A DNA stretch of 63,269 nucleotides, the filler included. It is 5 parts of 5 records of this genome, joined end to end, with 100 filler letters (N's around TTAATTAATTAA, not from the genome) between each part and the next. Parts side by side here need not be neighbours in the genome. Positions count along the whole stretch, not along the records: positions 54,604 to 63,269 come from SRR31156797_26362; 4 more parts are not named here. One strand, given 5' to 3'. Numbering within the stretch: position 1 is the stretch's first letter; each line of letters begins with the position of its first letter. Below the pieces are notes generated by a model. The model did not search any database. It worked only from the letters and a program-made list of their open reading frames with translations, and had not been told where the DNA came from. Made by a program: the position numbers and the translations under genes. Shown here piece by piece: positions 60,830 to 63,269 of the stretch.

Positions 60830-62065
60830 TTAGATGTCCAGCGTCAGCTGAACCGGATTCCCGTTATTCTCAATGGATCTCTGAGCTGCCAGAACCATCT
60901 CCAGAGATTTCACACCGTCTGCGGCACGAACCGTAGGGGCCGCGCCCTTATAGAATTCACCCAAGGTACGAACCAGATCCTTATCCGCTCCGAAATGACT
61001 GCTGCTTTCCAGAGGCTCATTAGGTTGACAGAACAGAACCTCCTTGCTGGCCCCCCAGTCCTTGTATAGCGTGACCGTCCCCTCATGACGATTGAGTATG
61101 ATTTTTCCCTTCTCACCATAGAGATAGAGCATCTCCTGATCCTTGGTATCGGGACCGAAGATGGAGAAGAACAGGGAGCCCTTCACGCCATTCGGATAGA
61201 CGAGGGAGACGATCGCATGATCCACGATATCCGAGCCGGGAGCGTAGATACAGCTGTCGATTTTCTCAGCTTCTCCCTCCGCCCTGCTCCATGAGGGATT
61301 CTGCAGTACAAAGGCCCCGTCGGAGATCCTGTTCTCATCCCTTCTGTAGTGACAATCCCGGTCACAGACCCTGCAGGACTCGGGAGCCTCACTATCCTCG
61401 GGAAAGACAGAGCTTCGTCCGCCCACGGCCGTCAGATAGAGGGGATAGGCATCGGTCATCCAGTTAAACACATCGAAATGATGGGAGCATTTATCGTTCA
61501 GGCTTCCTCCTGACAACTCCCTCTTCCTGTGCCAGGTCTGCAGATAGCGGGTATAGGGAATGACGGACTGGATCTCCATCATCTGCAGATCTCCGATCAC
61601 TCCACTGTCCAGAAGATCCTTGGCCTTGATCCATGTCAGCTCGTAACGCCTGGTAAATCCCATGATCAGCGGATTGGAGGACCGGCTCTCCTCGTTCGTT
61701 ATGGCCAGAGCGTCCTCCATAGTTACGGCGATGGGTTTGTCCAGATAGACCTTTTTCCCCGAAGCCAGGGCATAAACGGCGGCCTCGCGATGCTGTCCCG
61801 TATGGCTGGTGATAAGGATCAGGTCACAATCGGGAGAATCGATCAGTTCTCTGGGATCGGAAAAGATAGTGATTTTCTGATCAGCGCCCTCTTCCAGGTA
61901 GCGTTTCTCCAGATAATCCCGGGCCTCTTGAGAACGCTGTGGAAGGGTATCGTACACGGCTGTGACGACAAGATCAGATTCCAGAGCCAGTTCCGTAAAG
62001 GCCTGCCCCAGACAGTATATTCCTCTTACCCCGGCTCCAATTATCCCGACTCCCGTACGATGCAT
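60830..62065 (-). CDS. Gfo/Idh/MocA oxidoreductase with Cys-rich insertion
   Basis: GAGVRG, DKP, SGGSLNDKCSHHFD, CRVCDRDC...C, HFGAD. Confidence 0.9.
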   Translation of the reverse strand: MHRTGVGIIGAGVRGIYCLGQAFTELALESDLVVTAVYDTLPQRSQEARDYLEKRYLEEGADQKITIFSDPRELIDSPDCDLILITSHTGQHREAAVYALASGKKVYLDKPIAVTMEDALAITNEESRSSNPLIMGFTRRYELTWIKAKDLLDSGVIGDLQMMEIQSVIPYTRYLQTWHRKRELSGGSLNDKCSHHFDVFNWMTDAYPLYLTAVGGRSSVFPEDSEAPESCRVCDRDCHYRRDENRISDGAFVLQNPSWSRAEGEAEKIDSCIYAPGSDIVDHAIVSLVYPNGVKGSLFFSIFGPDTKDQEMLYLYGEKGKIILNRHEGTVTLYKDWGASKEVLFCQPNEPLESSSHFGADKDLVRTLGEFYKGAAPTVRAADGVKSLEMVLAAQRSIENNGNPVQLTLDI

Positions 62066-62175
62066 ATTTCCCTCGTTTCTATTCTCTGTAGGCTGATGAT
62101 CAAATGGCTTTGAAAACCAGTTTCTATTGTAGAGAGGAAGATTGATAAGCGCTAATACATTATCGCTATACAGGG

Positions 62176-62192
62176 TATAACTTTTTTTCATA
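62176..62192. promoter_or_regulatory. Possible LysR T-N11-A binding site
   Basis: Imperfect dyad TATAAC-N5-TTCATA in the divergent intergenic region. Confidence 0.4.
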
Positions 62193-62202
62193 CAATATAT
62201 CC

Positions 62203-63117
62203 ATGTATTATCAACTGCTTCAGTTCAAGACCATAGTGGACGCGGGGAGCATCAACAAGGCGAGCCAGATACTCTACATCAGCCAGCCGGCCCTCTCAAA
62301 GGCTGTAAAGACCCTGGAGGAGCAGTTCCAGATCCTTCTGTTGAGACGAAGCGCCTCAGGCGTATTCCCGACGGAAGCGGGAAAACGGGTCTATGAACTG
62401 GCCGGAACTGTCCATAAGGAGATGCTGAAGGGAATCTCCGAGGTCAATCAGCTGAGAAGGGAAAGCTCCCGCATGAACGAGCGGCAGAATATCCGCCTGG
62501 GATGCAGCACCATATGGGTGGATATACTGATGCCCGAGATCATCAAAAGTTTCGACTGCTCTGGTTACGCCATGATCCATATGGTACAGGGAACCTCGGA
62601 GCGGCTTCTGAAAGAGCTGTCGGAGGAACAGGAGTACGACCTGGTCCTCAGTCGGATGGTGACCGACATTCCCTATGAAAACCTCCGCATGGAACCCCTC
62701 TTCCAGAGCCAGGGCGCCATCTTCGCCCATCACTCCCATGCGGCGTTCCGGGCGGACGAACCCATAAGAGAGATCCGTCACTCCCGGTGGATCAAGCTGA
62801 AATCCCTCCCGGTGATTGAAGAACAGGAACTGACTGCCGAAGGGCAGGAGAAGTTCCCTCCCGGCTTTTTCCCCCCTCCCGTCGCCTTTGAGGTGGAAGA
62901 TCTGATGGCGGCGGTACAACTGCTGGAAAGCGGTTATATCACCCTCCTCCCTCTGGATTTCCAGCGCATACTCAGGCGTTACGGGGTGCAGCCTCTTCCG
63001 GGAGCGACCAGGCTGACCAAACCCTACTGGTGCGGCATTGCCCATCCCACGGACAGAGAGCCGCCCCTGTCGCTGCAGATGCTGATTGACGATATCAGGC
63101 TCTTTTTTGCCCAATAG
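62203..63117 (+). CDS. LysR-family regulator, divergent from the oxidoreductase/ABC operon
   Basis: GSINKASQILYISQPALSKAVKTLE, PTEAG. Confidence 0.92.
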   Translation: MYYQLLQFKTIVDAGSINKASQILYISQPALSKAVKTLEEQFQILLLRRSASGVFPTEAGKRVYELAGTVHKEMLKGISEVNQLRRESSRMNERQNIRLGCSTIWVDILMPEIIKSFDCSGYAMIHMVQGTSERLLKELSEEQEYDLVLSRMVTDIPYENLRMEPLFQSQGAIFAHHSHAAFRADEPIREIRHSRWIKLKSLPVIEEQELTAEGQEKFPPGFFPPPVAFEVEDLMAAVQLLESGYITLLPLDFQRILRRYGVQPLPGATRLTKPYWCGIAHPTDREPPLSLQMLIDDIRLFFAQ

Positions 63118-63137
63118 AACTGTAAAAGGATATAAAG

Positions 63138-63269
63138 ATGAAACTCTACTTCGCAGCCCCCCTGTTCAGCAGCGCCGAACTTAACTTCAACCTTCAGCTC
63201 ACCGAAAGGATCGAGGCCCTGGGTCTTGAGGTCTTCCTTCCCCAGCGCGACGGCATCCTCTCTCCCGAA
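63138..63269 (+). CDS. Nucleoside 2-deoxyribosyltransferase-family protein, 5' part
   Basis: MKLYFAAPLFSSAE...VFLPQRDG; continues in frame at 29248. Confidence 0.85.
   Translation, partial: MKLYFAAPLFSSAELNFNLQLTERIEALGLEVFLPQRDGILSPE

Overview
This window is not one locus. It is five contigs joined by 100-nt N/TTAATTAATTAA spacers, from at least three different bacteria. (1) 1-20045: GC-rich alphaproteobacterium (Rhodospirillales-like) with ccmC-I cytochrome c maturation genes, a CZB-GGDEF cyclase, split iorAB, an orphan TPR/B12-radical SAM enzyme, azlCD, pgk, a degenerate chemoreceptor, two small proteins sharing a C-terminal motif, and a partial adenylate cyclase. (2) 20146-29119: sulfate-reducer-like, with tmcDCBA plus a response regulator, agmatinase set among gene remnants (cti, SulP, receiver domain), and a DUF3683 FAD/Fe-S oxidoreductase. 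(3) 29220-46887 and (5) 54604-63269: spirochaete-like. They overlap by 28 nt inside a nucleoside deoxyribosyltransferase-like gene and together form one ~26 kb locus with three sugar-ABC/sulfatase modules. Two of these modules repeat an uncharacterised Gfo/Idh/MocA + DUF3604-like metalloenzyme + sulfamidase-like sulfatase design, with no glycoside hydrolase. This is the best candidate for an undescribed pathway. (4) 46988-54503: two mosaic hybrid histidine kinases and an unannotated Nif11-leader RiPP-like precursor at the contig edge. No rRNA, tRNA, CRISPR array or transposase was recognised. All family calls come from motif recognition by eye, not database searches.
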